DNA of 64,000 nucleotides from Myxococcota bacterium. Its GTDB lineage: Bacteria; Myxococcota_A; Polyangia; Nannocystales; Nannocystaceae. Positions 1-9,626 of this stretch are shown here, one piece after another. Position numbers and translations under genes: made by a program. The notes beneath the pieces are model-generated. The model saw only the letters and a list, made by a program, of their open reading frames with translations. It did not search any database and had not been told where the DNA came from. Where the stretch lies: the NCBI GenBank assembly GCA_039028615.1, contig JBCCHT010000004.1:128001-192000 (forward strand). The letters are read 5' to 3'. The stretch's first letter is position 1, and each line of letters starts with the position of its first letter.

Positions 1-1734
1 CACGACCACCACCGGGTCGTCGCCAGCCGACCATTGCTCGGTCTGGCGGCTGCCGTCGGGCCGCACGAGGGTCAGGCGATACTCCCACGCCGCGTCGGGC
101 GGATGCGACCACGACTTCGACCGCCCGCTGTGCGCCAGCTCGAAGGCCTCGCCCGTCTCTTCCCCCACGATCCGCACTTCACACAGGGCGAGCTCGATGT
201 CGTCGAAGGAGCCCACGGTGATGAACAGCACCTCGGAGGTGGAGGCGGTGGTCTCCGGGGGCCGGAGGGTCAGCACCCGCTGGGTGACCGGCGCCTCTTG
301 CCACTCACCGGTCACACGCTCGTCGTCGTCGCGGTGCAGCCAGGCCACGCGGCTTCGCCAGGGCCGGGGCGGATGCTCGGCGGTCACTCGCGACCACTGG
401 GCAATCGGCTCGTTGCCGTCGAGCAGGGCGACGTCGCCCGAGGACAACGCGGGGTGCTCGAGTTCCACCGACGCCGCCCGAAAATCACCCAGCGCCAGGC
501 TCTGCAGCTGCAGCTTCACGTCGAGCACGCCCATGCCGTCGAGGTCGAGCACCACCACCGTTTCCTCGGTGTCGACCCACGGCATGCGTAGCGGCTCGGT
601 GCGGCCGTCGAACCAGATCTCGACCTGGTAGCGCCAGCCCGGCTCGGCGCCCAGCGGCGTACGAAAGCGTGCTTCGGACGCGTCGGGCCCGAAATGCAGC
701 GAATCGGTCGCCCCGGTGGAGGGCAGCTCCCAGACCATGCGCACGGTGTCGATCGGCGAGGACTCGAAGTCGACGGTGCAGTGGACCTCGACGTCGAGCC
801 GGGTCTCGATGTCCGTGTCGACCTGCCGAATTCGCCCCGCCTCCTCGGGTAGGTTCATCGAGATGAGACCGGTGACCGCGGTGGTCGCCTCGAGCACCAT
901 GCCCTGGCGAATGCGCAGGTCGAGGCGCTTGTTGGGCGGGCGCTGGACCTCGCGAATCCCCTCCTCGTTGGGCGGCGCGAGCAGGGTCTCGACCACGGCT
1001 TTGTTCAGCGCGAGCTGGGCGATCTCGGTCAGCTCGTCGACCGTCGGTTGGTCCACCGCGGAGTCGAGCACCTCGACGCTCAGCCCCATCAGCTTGCGCT
1101 CGCGCACCGTGGACAGCAGCATCGTGGGGTCGACCGGCTCGGCCGCGGCTCGCTCCGCCAGCACCGTCGACGCGGCGTGCAGGTCGGCCCAGGCCCGAAT
1201 CAGCACCCCGTTGACCGCATGCTGAAACGTCAGCTCGTAGGCCACGTGCAGCAGGGGCAGCTGCTCCTCCATGGCGGCGTCGAGCAGCGCGGCTCCGTCG
1301 GCGGTCAGGTCGACCACGAACGAGGCCTGGTTGTGAGCCGACAGCGAGGCCAGCTTGGGGCCACTGATCGATCGCAGCAGGTCGTCGGCCTCGCGCGAGC
1401 CAGCCACCGACAAGGCGACCGTGCCCGACGTGGGCTGCAAGATCGCGATTTCGGTGTCGGCCCCCAGCGCTTCGCGAACCTCCTCGAGCTCGGCCTCGGT
1501 CGGGGCCAGATCGAGGCTCAGGGTCATCACCGCGCCCGTTCGCTCCCTCTGCCCGGGCGCGCCGCGATAGCGCGTGAGCCACAGCGAGGGGTGGCCATCG
1601 GCGTGCGTGACCAGGCGCGGGGTCATGCCGAGCACGTGGACTTTGGGCGTCGTCACCGAGCGCTCGCCATCGATGATGACGTCGCGGAAGACCGACAATC
1701 CGCCGAGCTGAGTCGCACCGGTGAGCGTGAGCAT
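1..1734 (-). CDS. Uncharacterised large protein, paralog of 3057..5291 (partial; runs off the left edge)
   Basis: Not in the ORF track. Hand translation from the ATG at 1734 gives MLTLTGATQLGGLSVFRDVII...TGAVMTLSLDLAPTEAELEEVREAL...SLSAHNQASFVVDLTADGAALLDAAM...LHVAYELTF...WRYQVEIWFDG. No stops in the stretches translated, and it aligns by eye to the 744-aa ORF. Confidence 0.85.
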   Translation of the reverse strand, partial: MLTLTGATQLGGLSVFRDVIIDGERSVTTPKVHVLGMTPRLVTHADGHPSLWLTRYRGAPGQRERTGAVMTLSLDLAPTEAELEEVREALGADTEIAILQPTSGTVALSVAGSREADDLLRSISGPKLASLSAHNQASFVVDLTADGAALLDAAMEEQLPLLHVAYELTFQHAVNGVLIRAWADLHAASTVLAERAAAEPVDPTMLLSTVRERKLMGLSVEVLDSAVDQPTVDELTEIAQLALNKAVVETLLAPPNEEGIREVQRPPNKRLDLRIRQGMVLEATTAVTGLISMNLPEEAGRIRQVDTDIETRLDVEVHCTVDFESSPIDTVRMVWELPSTGATDSLHFGPDASEARFRTPLGAEPGWRYQVEIWFDGRTEPLRMPWVDTEETVVVLDLDGMGVLDVKLQLQSLALGDFRAASVELEHPALSSGDVALLDGNEPIAQWSRVTAEHPPRPWRSRVAWLHRDDDERVTGEWQEAPVTQRVLTLRPPETTASTSEVLFITVGSFDDIELALCEVRIVGEETGEAFELAHSGRSKSWSHPPDAAWEYRLTLVRPDGSRQTEQWSAGDDPVVVV

Positions 1735-1795
1735 GTCTGTGGACTCGAGGCGCAACCACCCGCACTCGAGTGTGAAGACGATACCATCGCGGTCG

Positions 1796-3085
1796 GTGAA
1801 GCGGGAGCTGACACAGTCCCTTCGGACCAAGCTACGGGGCCGGGTTTGGTCCCCTCCACTGCGTAGCGCCCTTCGCGATTTCGGCGGGACGACACAGCGA
1901 ATCCCGCAGCTCGTCGTCGAGACCACATGCGAAGCCGACGTGCTCGCGACCATGGCCGAATGTCGTGAACGCGGCCTGCCGCTGGTCGTGCGAGGGGCCG
2001 GTCATTCGTGCGGCGGCCAGTCGCTCGGCGAGGGTGGCGTGGTGCTGTGGAACCGCAGTGACGTTGCCGATGCCCGGCTCGAAGGCGACGAAGTCGAGGT
2101 CTCCGGGCGCACCACCTGGAACGCGCTCGAGGCCTTCCTCGGGGCGCGCGACCGAACGCCGTTGGTCATGCCCGATCACCTCGATCTGACGGTGGGCGGC
2201 ACGCTGTCGGTGGGTGGCTACGGCGTGCGCTCGGTGGCCTGGGGCAGCCAAGTCGATCGCGTACGCTCGCTTCGACTGATTACTCCCGACAGCAATGCCC
2301 GCTGGCTCGACGCCACCGATCCGCTGGCCCGGCATGCCCTGGCCGGGTTGGGCCGCGTGGGCGTGATCGAACGCGTCCGCATGAGCACCGCTCCTCGCCG
2401 CCCCGCCGTTCGCTGGTGCACCCGCGAGTTCACGAGCCTCGCGGGGCTGGCCGCGTGGATGCACTGGGTCGAGGCCGAGACCGCCGACAACCTGTGGATC
2501 GACGCCTGGCACGAGGGCGATACCGCCACCGCGGAGTGGGGTATCGAGGCCCCCGATCGCGCGACGGCCAAGGCCGCCACCGTCCCGGGGCCACCGCCGC
2601 AGCAGGACGCGATCGCCTGGCACCTCCCGCTGCGCTTGCACGACCAGCGCTCGCGGTGGGTCGCCAGCTTTCCCCGGCATCGCCGGCTGTGGGTCGACTA
2701 CATGCTGCCCCACGGGCCCTTCGTGCAGCTGTGCGAGTTCCTCGATCGAGCGCGCATCGACGGGAGCCCCAGCCCGAACGCGGTCTATGTGCTCGCCAGT
2801 CGGCTGCCCCCGAAACACGAGCCCGCCGTGTACTCGCCCTCCCCGTGGCCGATGAGCTACGGCGTCGGGGCGTACTTCATGGTGCATCCCGATCGAAGTA
2901 CGGCCGAGGTCGAAGCGGCGCTGCTGCGCTTTGCCGACGAAGCGCGGCGCCTGGGCGGCCGACCCTATCGGTACGGGTGGGGCGCCCGAGCTCCTCAGGA
3001 CGAAGCGATGACCGAGCTGCGGCGTCGAGTCGGAGCCGAGCCTTGGTTTGCGCCCCTCAGCCCTCCGTCGGCATCGCGGCCATGA
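1796..3085 (+). CDS. FAD-binding oxidoreductase (FAD_binding_4/VAO superfamily), cytokinin dehydrogenase-like
   Basis: RDFGG, VRGAGHSCGGQS (covalent-FAD His motif) and LTVGGTLSVGG...GSQVDRV. Start moved to GTG 1796, with TACCAT 8 nt upstream. Confidence 0.8.
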   Translation: MKRELTQSLRTKLRGRVWSPPLRSALRDFGGTTQRIPQLVVETTCEADVLATMAECRERGLPLVVRGAGHSCGGQSLGEGGVVLWNRSDVADARLEGDEVEVSGRTTWNALEAFLGARDRTPLVMPDHLDLTVGGTLSVGGYGVRSVAWGSQVDRVRSLRLITPDSNARWLDATDPLARHALAGLGRVGVIERVRMSTAPRRPAVRWCTREFTSLAGLAAWMHWVEAETADNLWIDAWHEGDTATAEWGIEAPDRATAKAATVPGPPPQQDAIAWHLPLRLHDQRSRWVASFPRHRRLWVDYMLPHGPFVQLCEFLDRARIDGSPSPNAVYVLASRLPPKHEPAVYSPSPWPMSYGVGAYFMVHPDRSTAEVEAALLRFADEARRLGGRPYRYGWGARAPQDEAMTELRRRVGAEPWFAPLSPPSASRP

Positions 3086-5291
3086 CCAGCAGCCGGCCCG
3101 CGCTCTCTTCCACCCACTGGCTGGGCGCGGCGGTGCCATCGGGCCCAAACCGCGTCACGCGATACCTCAGCGCCGATCCCTGCGGCGGATCGCTGGGCAC
3201 CATGAGCGGCCCCCCCTCGCGTCGAGACTGCGTGAACACGACCGAGTCGATCACCGTGTTGGCGTCGTCGACGACATCGACTCGCACCGCGATCACTCCG
3301 TGATCGATGAGCCGCGGCCCGGCGAGCAGGCGGATCGGCACCTGGCGATGCTCGCCCTCGCGGTCCCGCACGATCACGACCGCGTCCGTGGTCTCGAAGT
3401 TGCGCTCGAAGAACCCGCCCTCGCCATCGACCACCGCGATGGCGACCTGCACGGGCGGCGGCTGCTCGGACATCGAAGGCAAGCGGACGACCTTGGCCCC
3501 GCGCTCGCCGGGCAGGAACGCGACCGAGGCCTCGCGGAGCTGGCCGCCGTCGTCCATCGACAGGGTGACCGATGCGTCCATGACGTCGGGCGGGAGCAAG
3601 GGAAACACGCGAACCTCCCGGTGGCTCCGCCACGGGCTGCCCACCAGCACGATGCGCCCGGCCAGGGGTGCCCACTCGCCTTCGGTCTGCGTGCCATCGG
3701 CATGAAACCACGTGCAGCGCGTCTCGATGACCGGACCGCGGGGCGCCGACTCTTCGTCCTCGGGCGTCTCCGCGGTCTCGGGTGGCTCGGGCGGCTCCAG
3801 GCGCCGACGCACGGTCACGCTGGGCGTCGACTCGGACAGCTTCTCGTTGGCGATTTCTTCCCCGTCGACCCGCACCTGGACCTGCACCTGCGGCGTGTCC
3901 TCGAACGACATCGACCCCGCAGCCAGCTCCAGCTCCAGCCGTGGCACGCCCGAAAGCGGGTGCACCAACAGCTCGAAGGCCCCCGTAGTCACCCACTCGC
4001 CGTTGAACGAGGCCGGGCCGGGCCACGGACCCTCACTCGCGAACAGGACCTCCCGCTGGGTCTGATACTGGCGCGAGCCCCCGTTGGTGTAGGTCGCGAA
4101 GTTGCGAGGCTCCGGTTGCCCCGGCTCGAACACGAAGGTGGCCCGGGTGGCGTCGGGCTGGGCCTGGTCGGGGTACGCCATCTGCACCACCAGGCGCTGC
4201 ACGCCGAGGCTCTCGAAGTCCCCCTGTGCGCGCACGGGCACGTCGAGCTTCTTCCACAGGTCGTCGTCTGGATCGACCTCGACCCGGCGGGTGCGCTCGC
4301 CGAGCTCGGACAGCAAGCCCTGCGGCGCGATGGTGCGAGTCTGGGCCTTGGCCTCGGACCAGTCGATCTCGATGATCCGACGCTCCTCCTGATTCAGTTC
4401 CTTCAGTGACAACTCGGCGCTGAAATTGGCGTGCGTACGGGTGCCGTTCGCCGCGGAGTCCTCCGCCGCATCGACGACATCGCCGAGCACCCGATCCACC
4501 GGGTTGCCGGAGCCCGTCAGTCGCCGCTCGAACATCGCGTCGATGATCTCCTCTTGGAACCACTTCAGCGTTCGATCGATGCGCTCGCGCAGCGCGTCGT
4601 CGTCCTCGAAGCGCAAGATCTCGATCTCGATCGCGCCCTCCTCCACGAGCTTACGGGTCGACGAGCTCACGTTGGCCTTGGCCCCGACCTCGTCGTGCGC
4701 CACCCCGACGTCGAGATTGGCCGAAAGCTCGTCGTGGATGCGCCCGTAGTCGGCCCGCACCCGAGCCTCCAGAGACGGCCGTAAACCCACGAATTCGAGC
4801 TCGTAGCGGACGCCCAGCCCGCCGGGGCCATCGGGGGCCAGCATCGCCTCGACCAGCTGCGCTCCGTCTTCGCTCAGCTGCAGCGAGAACACGGCCCGAT
4901 TGCGACCGAGCAGTTCCGGGGTCACATCGCCGAAGAGTCGCTCGACGAAGCCGTCCCCCTCGGCCAGCGCCGCCACGAACACCGCCTTGCCGTCGCGAAA
5001 ATCCACGGGCTGCAGCTGCGCCTGCGGCATGCCCTGGGCGCTGAGGTACTGCCGTGCCTCGTCGAGCTGGTCCTCGCTCGCGGTCAGCTCCGTGGACAGC
5101 AATAGCAGCCCCGCCCCGTCGTCGCGCGTGGGATCGTGACCGCGAACCTTGATGAACGAGACCGGGGTGGCGTCGTCCGACTGCGCCAATGCCGGCTGCG
5201 TCGGCAGGTAGTGCACCCGCTGCGGCAACGCATGATCGCGATACAGCGACAACCCAGCCACTACACCGATCGGTTCATCGAGATTGAGCAC
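3057..5291 (-). CDS. Uncharacterised 744-aa protein (beta-rich; paralog of 1..1734)
   Basis: Long ORF with normal protein composition. Extended -10 (TGa-TATGTT) lies 6 nt before the GTG start. Confidence 0.88.
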   Translation of the reverse strand: MLNLDEPIGVVAGLSLYRDHALPQRVHYLPTQPALAQSDDATPVSFIKVRGHDPTRDDGAGLLLLSTELTASEDQLDEARQYLSAQGMPQAQLQPVDFRDGKAVFVAALAEGDGFVERLFGDVTPELLGRNRAVFSLQLSEDGAQLVEAMLAPDGPGGLGVRYELEFVGLRPSLEARVRADYGRIHDELSANLDVGVAHDEVGAKANVSSSTRKLVEEGAIEIEILRFEDDDALRERIDRTLKWFQEEIIDAMFERRLTGSGNPVDRVLGDVVDAAEDSAANGTRTHANFSAELSLKELNQEERRIIEIDWSEAKAQTRTIAPQGLLSELGERTRRVEVDPDDDLWKKLDVPVRAQGDFESLGVQRLVVQMAYPDQAQPDATRATFVFEPGQPEPRNFATYTNGGSRQYQTQREVLFASEGPWPGPASFNGEWVTTGAFELLVHPLSGVPRLELELAAGSMSFEDTPQVQVQVRVDGEEIANEKLSESTPSVTVRRRLEPPEPPETAETPEDEESAPRGPVIETRCTWFHADGTQTEGEWAPLAGRIVLVGSPWRSHREVRVFPLLPPDVMDASVTLSMDDGGQLREASVAFLPGERGAKVVRLPSMSEQPPPVQVAIAVVDGEGGFFERNFETTDAVVIVRDREGEHRQVPIRLLAGPRLIDHGVIAVRVDVVDDANTVIDSVVFTQSRREGGPLMVPSDPPQGSALRYRVTRFGPDGTAAPSQWVEESAGRLLVMAAMPTEG

Positions 5292-5436
5292 GACGCGAAC
5301 ATATCACCGTAACTACATGGAGCTGGCTTACAGGCGCGTGGTTCGATGCATCAAAACCGCGCCGACCTACGGTTCGATTTGGATTTGTCGCGAATGCTTG
5401 GTTGACCCGGCCCATCGGCCCACTAAGCTCAGCGGC

Positions 5437-6267
5437 GTGAAGCCTCACTCACTGCTGTGTCTCGTGTTCATGCTCGGCGGGCCTGGGTGCGCCCGAGAGA
5501 ACCCGGCGTTCGACGGCGGTGCGTCGGGTACGGGCGGCGCCGATGCGGGCGCGAGCGGTGGACAGCTGACCTCGGCCGGTCCGGGCGGTCAGTCGGCCAG
5601 CGCCTCGGGCAGCGCATCGCAGGGGCAGACCAGCGGCGCCAGCAGTGCGGCCTCCGTCGACGACACGGGCGACGGCCCCGGCGGTTCCGCGGCGAGCGAC
5701 CCCGGGACCAGCGAGAGCGGCGAGGCCATGGAGGAGGTGACCGGCGACGGGCCCCCGGAGGAACTCATCGTCTACTCCACCCAGCCCATCGTGGGGTCCT
5801 TCGCGTCCGACCCGGAGCATGCGTTGGACATCGGCAGCGACGTCTGCCGTGAAGTGGCCAATACCCTGCTGCCCGAGCTCGACTGCGATCGAACCTGGCC
5901 CGTGCTCGGGATGTTCGAGCGCCCGGTCGAAGGCCTGCTCGACGCCCCGGGCGGCACAGACCTGCTCGAAGGCATCGTCGTCGCCCCCGATGGGACGCTG
6001 GTGGCCGAAGATTTCATCGCGCTGTCGCAGGCCGAGGTGACCCCCGACTTCGCCAATGCGGTCACCGATCACCTGCCCGATGCGGTCGGTGACATCGGCA
6101 TGTGGTGGGGGCAGAGCGCCGACGGCATGCCCGCGCAGCAGTGCGGCAACTGGCACGAGATTCAGTTCGCCGGCACGCTCGTGTTCTGGGACGAGGCCTC
6201 GGGCAACATCGTCACCGAGGACCAAGGCTGCGGCAACGCCTACCACATGCTGTGCGTGTGCTTCTGA
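5437..6267 (+). CDS. Putative lipoprotein with Ser/Gly linker and DUF1554-like (endostatin/lectin-fold) C-terminal domain
   Basis: Signal peptide ending GCARENPAF, a low-complexity linker, then a Cys pattern (CREVA...WWG...CGNW...GCGNAYHMLCVC). Confidence 0.7.
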   Translation: MKPHSLLCLVFMLGGPGCARENPAFDGGASGTGGADAGASGGQLTSAGPGGQSASASGSASQGQTSGASSAASVDDTGDGPGGSAASDPGTSESGEAMEEVTGDGPPEELIVYSTQPIVGSFASDPEHALDIGSDVCREVANTLLPELDCDRTWPVLGMFERPVEGLLDAPGGTDLLEGIVVAPDGTLVAEDFIALSQAEVTPDFANAVTDHLPDAVGDIGMWWGQSADGMPAQQCGNWHEIQFAGTLVFWDEASGNIVTEDQGCGNAYHMLCVCF

Positions 6268-6277
6268 GCCCTCGGTC

Positions 6278-6610
6278 TCACACTCCGGGCGGCAGCGTGT
6301 CCAGCGTCCGCACGAGCCGACGACACGCGTAGAACACGGTGTCGCGGTGGCGACGCTCCAGCTCCATGAGTTCGCGGTCGGCTCGATGGAGCGCCTTGGC
6401 CTCCCACATCTCGCGGGCCTCGCCGATGGGCAGGTGCTCGACCTCGTCGAGCAGTCGCTCCAGCGCCTGCACATCCCGATCGCCCGCGAGCGGAGGCACC
6501 TGCTCCACGAGCTTCAGCAGGGCGACGACGCCATCGAACAAGGGGATGCGGTTGCGCTGCATGTCCTCGATGCATAGGCGGATGCGCATCGACGTGGGGA
6601 CGGTGTTCAT
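6278..6610 (-). CDS. Small helical protein, DUF2489-like
   Basis: 3' part of ORF 6278..7147 from the ATG at 6610. Motif EHLPIGEAREMWEAKALHRADREL. Confidence 0.6.
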   Translation of the reverse strand: MNTVPTSMRIRLCIEDMQRNRIPLFDGVVALLKLVEQVPPLAGDRDVQALERLLDEVEHLPIGEAREMWEAKALHRADRELMELERRHRDTVFYACRRLVRTLDTLPPGV

Positions 6611-6643
6611 GGGCCGCGGTATGATAGCCGAGTCGGCGGTCGC

Positions 6644-8845
6644 ATGAGCAACGGAGGACCTCGTACCAACCCCATGAGTTCGGCCGCCTATGCGGTGCTG
6701 CTGAGTGTTTTCGCGGTGGGTGCGTGTACGAGCAACGAGATCGCCATCGTCGACACCGCGACCGGCAGCACGGGACCGACCGGCACCACCACCACGAGCA
6801 CCGCGCCCTCGCTCCCGCCGTCCGACTCCACCGGGGCGGGTACGTCGAGCGGCAGCGGCAGCTCGTCGAGCGGCGTGCCTCCCGTGTGGGGCACCACGTG
6901 GCAGAGCTCCACCACCGACATCGAGATTCCCGACGCCCAGTTCGTGGTCACCATCGAGAACCGCTCGGGGACGGGGCTGATGTGGAGCCCCCTGTCGCCC
7001 GGGCTGTGGGTCAACCACGTGACGGGAGCGGATGGGCTGTTCGAGTCGGGCGTGCCCGATGATGGCGAGGGCCTCGAGGCGCTGGCGGAACGCGGCGAAC
7101 CCGAGCCACTGCTCACCGCGGTGCTCGGCCACTTCGGCGTCGATCAAGGCGCCGTCTTCGACACCCCGGTCGGGGCCGGGGTCCCGGGCCCCTTGCTACC
7201 CGATGGCGATCGCTACGAGTTCACGCTGACCGCCGAACCTTCGACCCGGCTGTCGTTGGCGATGTCGCTGGTGGGCGGCAACGATCTAATCGTGGCCAGC
7301 GCCCCCGCGGGGATCGGGCTGTTCGCGGGCGGCGGCCAGCCGCTGGGAGAGCGGGATGTCAGCAGCAGCCTTCGGGTCTGGGACGTCGGTTCCGAGGTCA
7401 CGCAAGCCCCGGGCCAGGGGCCCATGCAAGCGCTGCACTCGGGGCCGGTCGACGCGAGCCAACCGGAGATACCCGGCGTCCATGCCCACGACCACTCCAC
7501 CCGCGCGGTACCGCTGGGGTCGGACTTCGTGCACATCGAGGTACTCGATCATCCCGACGATCGACGGGAGGGCACCTTCATCGTGCAGGTGACCAACATC
7601 TCCCTCGAGCGAGGCACGCTGCCCACCGAGCTCTCGCCGCTTTTGTGGGCAGTGCACGGCGATACGCTCGCGCTGTTCGAGGACGGCACGCCCGCGTCCG
7701 ACCCGCTGACGGCTTTGGCCGAAGATGGCGACGCCGGCCCGCTCGACGCACTGCTGGCCGGTTCCCCCGCCGTGGAGCAGCACGCGGTGGTCACCGGTGC
7801 GGGTGGTGGAGGCATCGTGCCGGGCGAGACCCTCGAGTTCGAGATCACGCCGACCGACACGGCCTCCGTGCTCAGCGTGGCCACCATGCTCTCCGAGACC
7901 AACGACGCGTTCCTCGGCACGGGCCCGGTAGGGGATGCTCCCAACGCGGGCATTCCTCTGTTCGCGGACGGCATGCCGCGGGACAACGAGGCCATCGAAA
8001 ACGACCTCCGGGCCCACCTCGCGGTCTGGGACGCGGGCACCGAAGCCAACGAGGTCCCCGGTGTCGGGCTCGCTCAGGGCGCACGACAGGCGGTCGCGGG
8101 CCAAGGCGCCCCCGAGGTCGTGGGCCCCACCGTGCACCGCTACGCCGATGTCACCAACGATCTGGCGGGCGACCTGCTCGGCGGGTTCGTGTCGGTCGAG
8201 GTGCAGCTGCAAGGCGGCAGCTACGTGATCACGATGACCAACACGAGCGCGACGACGGCCTTTGTGGGCACGCTGTCCCCCGTGTTGTGGGTGCTCCACG
8301 ACGACGCGTTCCTGCTCTTCGACCCCGGCGTGGCCGCGAGCCCGGGGCTCGAGGCCCTCGCCGAGGATGCCGACCCCACCGTGCTGCTCGCCGAGGTCAT
8401 GGGCCTGGGCCTGATGGAGGCAGGAATCATCGATACGCCGCCAGCCGGGTTGCCGGGTCCCTTGCCGCCCGGGGACGTATTCGAGCTGGTGTTGACACCG
8501 AGCATGCCGCAGCGATTCGTCAGCCTCGCCGCGATGGTCATGCCGTCGAACGACACCTTTGCCGGCCTGCAACCGGGCGGCGTGGCATTGCTGGACGACG
8601 CGGGCAACCCGAGGTCGGCCGAGGCCGTGGAGGCCGACATCGTGGCGCAGCTACAGGCGTGGGACGCGGGGACCGAGGGCAACCAAGCCGGGGCCGCGGG
8701 GCGAGACATGGCGCCGCAGCAGGTGGGCGACGACGTCGGCGCAAGCGAGGGCAGCGACCTCGTTCGGCAAGCCGGCGACGACGTGCGCTGGTCACTGCCC
8801 GCCGCCGAAGACCTCGTGCGGGTAATCGTCTCGCCCGTGCGGTGA
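6644..8845 (+). CDS. Lipoprotein with three tandem Spondin_N domains
   Basis: Lipobox VGAC. Three repeats of xxxITN...LSPxLWxxH...LFxxG...LEALAEDG...ND...WDAGTE. Confidence 0.85.
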   Translation: MSNGGPRTNPMSSAAYAVLLSVFAVGACTSNEIAIVDTATGSTGPTGTTTTSTAPSLPPSDSTGAGTSSGSGSSSSGVPPVWGTTWQSSTTDIEIPDAQFVVTIENRSGTGLMWSPLSPGLWVNHVTGADGLFESGVPDDGEGLEALAERGEPEPLLTAVLGHFGVDQGAVFDTPVGAGVPGPLLPDGDRYEFTLTAEPSTRLSLAMSLVGGNDLIVASAPAGIGLFAGGGQPLGERDVSSSLRVWDVGSEVTQAPGQGPMQALHSGPVDASQPEIPGVHAHDHSTRAVPLGSDFVHIEVLDHPDDRREGTFIVQVTNISLERGTLPTELSPLLWAVHGDTLALFEDGTPASDPLTALAEDGDAGPLDALLAGSPAVEQHAVVTGAGGGGIVPGETLEFEITPTDTASVLSVATMLSETNDAFLGTGPVGDAPNAGIPLFADGMPRDNEAIENDLRAHLAVWDAGTEANEVPGVGLAQGARQAVAGQGAPEVVGPTVHRYADVTNDLAGDLLGGFVSVEVQLQGGSYVITMTNTSATTAFVGTLSPVLWVLHDDAFLLFDPGVAASPGLEALAEDADPTVLLAEVMGLGLMEAGIIDTPPAGLPGPLPPGDVFELVLTPSMPQRFVSLAAMVMPSNDTFAGLQPGGVALLDDAGNPRSAEAVEADIVAQLQAWDAGTEGNQAGAAGRDMAPQQVGDDVGASEGSDLVRQAGDDVRWSLPAAEDLVRVIVSPVR

Positions 8846-8852
8846 GCCGGGC

Positions 8853-9626
8853 CTACGCGTCGTACTCCACGCTCTCGAGGTAGAGCCCCGAGGCGGGCGC
8901 GGTGCCCGGCGCCATCTTCCGGTCGCGCGCCTGCAAGATGGCCTCGAGCTTGGCGGGCGTGCTCCGCCCCTCTCCTACCTTGACGATCGCTCGCACCAGG
9001 TTTCGCACCATCTTGTACAAGAACCCGTCGGCCCGGAATCGAAACACGATATGGGGCCCGTCGGCGTCCAGCTCCACGCTCATCAGGTTGCGTACCGTCG
9101 ACTTGCGATCGTAGTTGGTCTTCTTGGCGAACGAGGCAAAATCGTGGCGCCCCACCAGCACCGAACTGGCGGCTCGCATGGCGTCGATGCGAAGGCCGGC
9201 GGCGACGTGCCAGACCCGCCCGATCCGCTCGGCGGGACAATCGGGGCCGCTCCAGAGCTCGAATCGGTAGGTCTTGGCCACCGCACCTTCGCGGGCGTGA
9301 AAATCGGCGGGGGCCTCCACGCACTCGAGCACTTCGATGTCCGAGGGCAGGACCCGATCGAAATCGGCGAGCAGCTCTTCGGGGGGCGATCGAAACGGCG
9401 CCGCGAAGTGAGCGACCTGCCCGTCCGCATGGGCGCCGCGATCGGTACGCCCGGAGCCATGCACGGTACAGCGCGCGCCCACGATCTCTTCGACCGCGGC
9501 CTCCACCGCGCCCTGCACGGTGGGTTTGCCCTGGTGCCGCTGCCAGCCCTGGTACGCCCGCCCGTCGTAACGCAGCGTCAAGCGATAGACCGTGACCGCG
9601 GATGGAGTGGGCTCGTCGTCGACCAC
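8853..9626 (-). CDS. truA: tRNA pseudouridine(38-40) synthase
   Basis: YDGxxYxGWQ, GSGRTDRGAHA (catalytic Asp), GFLYKMVRNLV, TAPASGLYL. Start moved to GTG 9626. Confidence 0.95.
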   Translation of the reverse strand: MVDDEPTPSAVTVYRLTLRYDGRAYQGWQRHQGKPTVQGAVEAAVEEIVGARCTVHGSGRTDRGAHADGQVAHFAAPFRSPPEELLADFDRVLPSDIEVLECVEAPADFHAREGAVAKTYRFELWSGPDCPAERIGRVWHVAAGLRIDAMRAASSVLVGRHDFASFAKKTNYDRKSTVRNLMSVELDADGPHIVFRFRADGFLYKMVRNLVRAIVKVGEGRSTPAKLEAILQARDRKMAPGTAPASGLYLESVEYDA

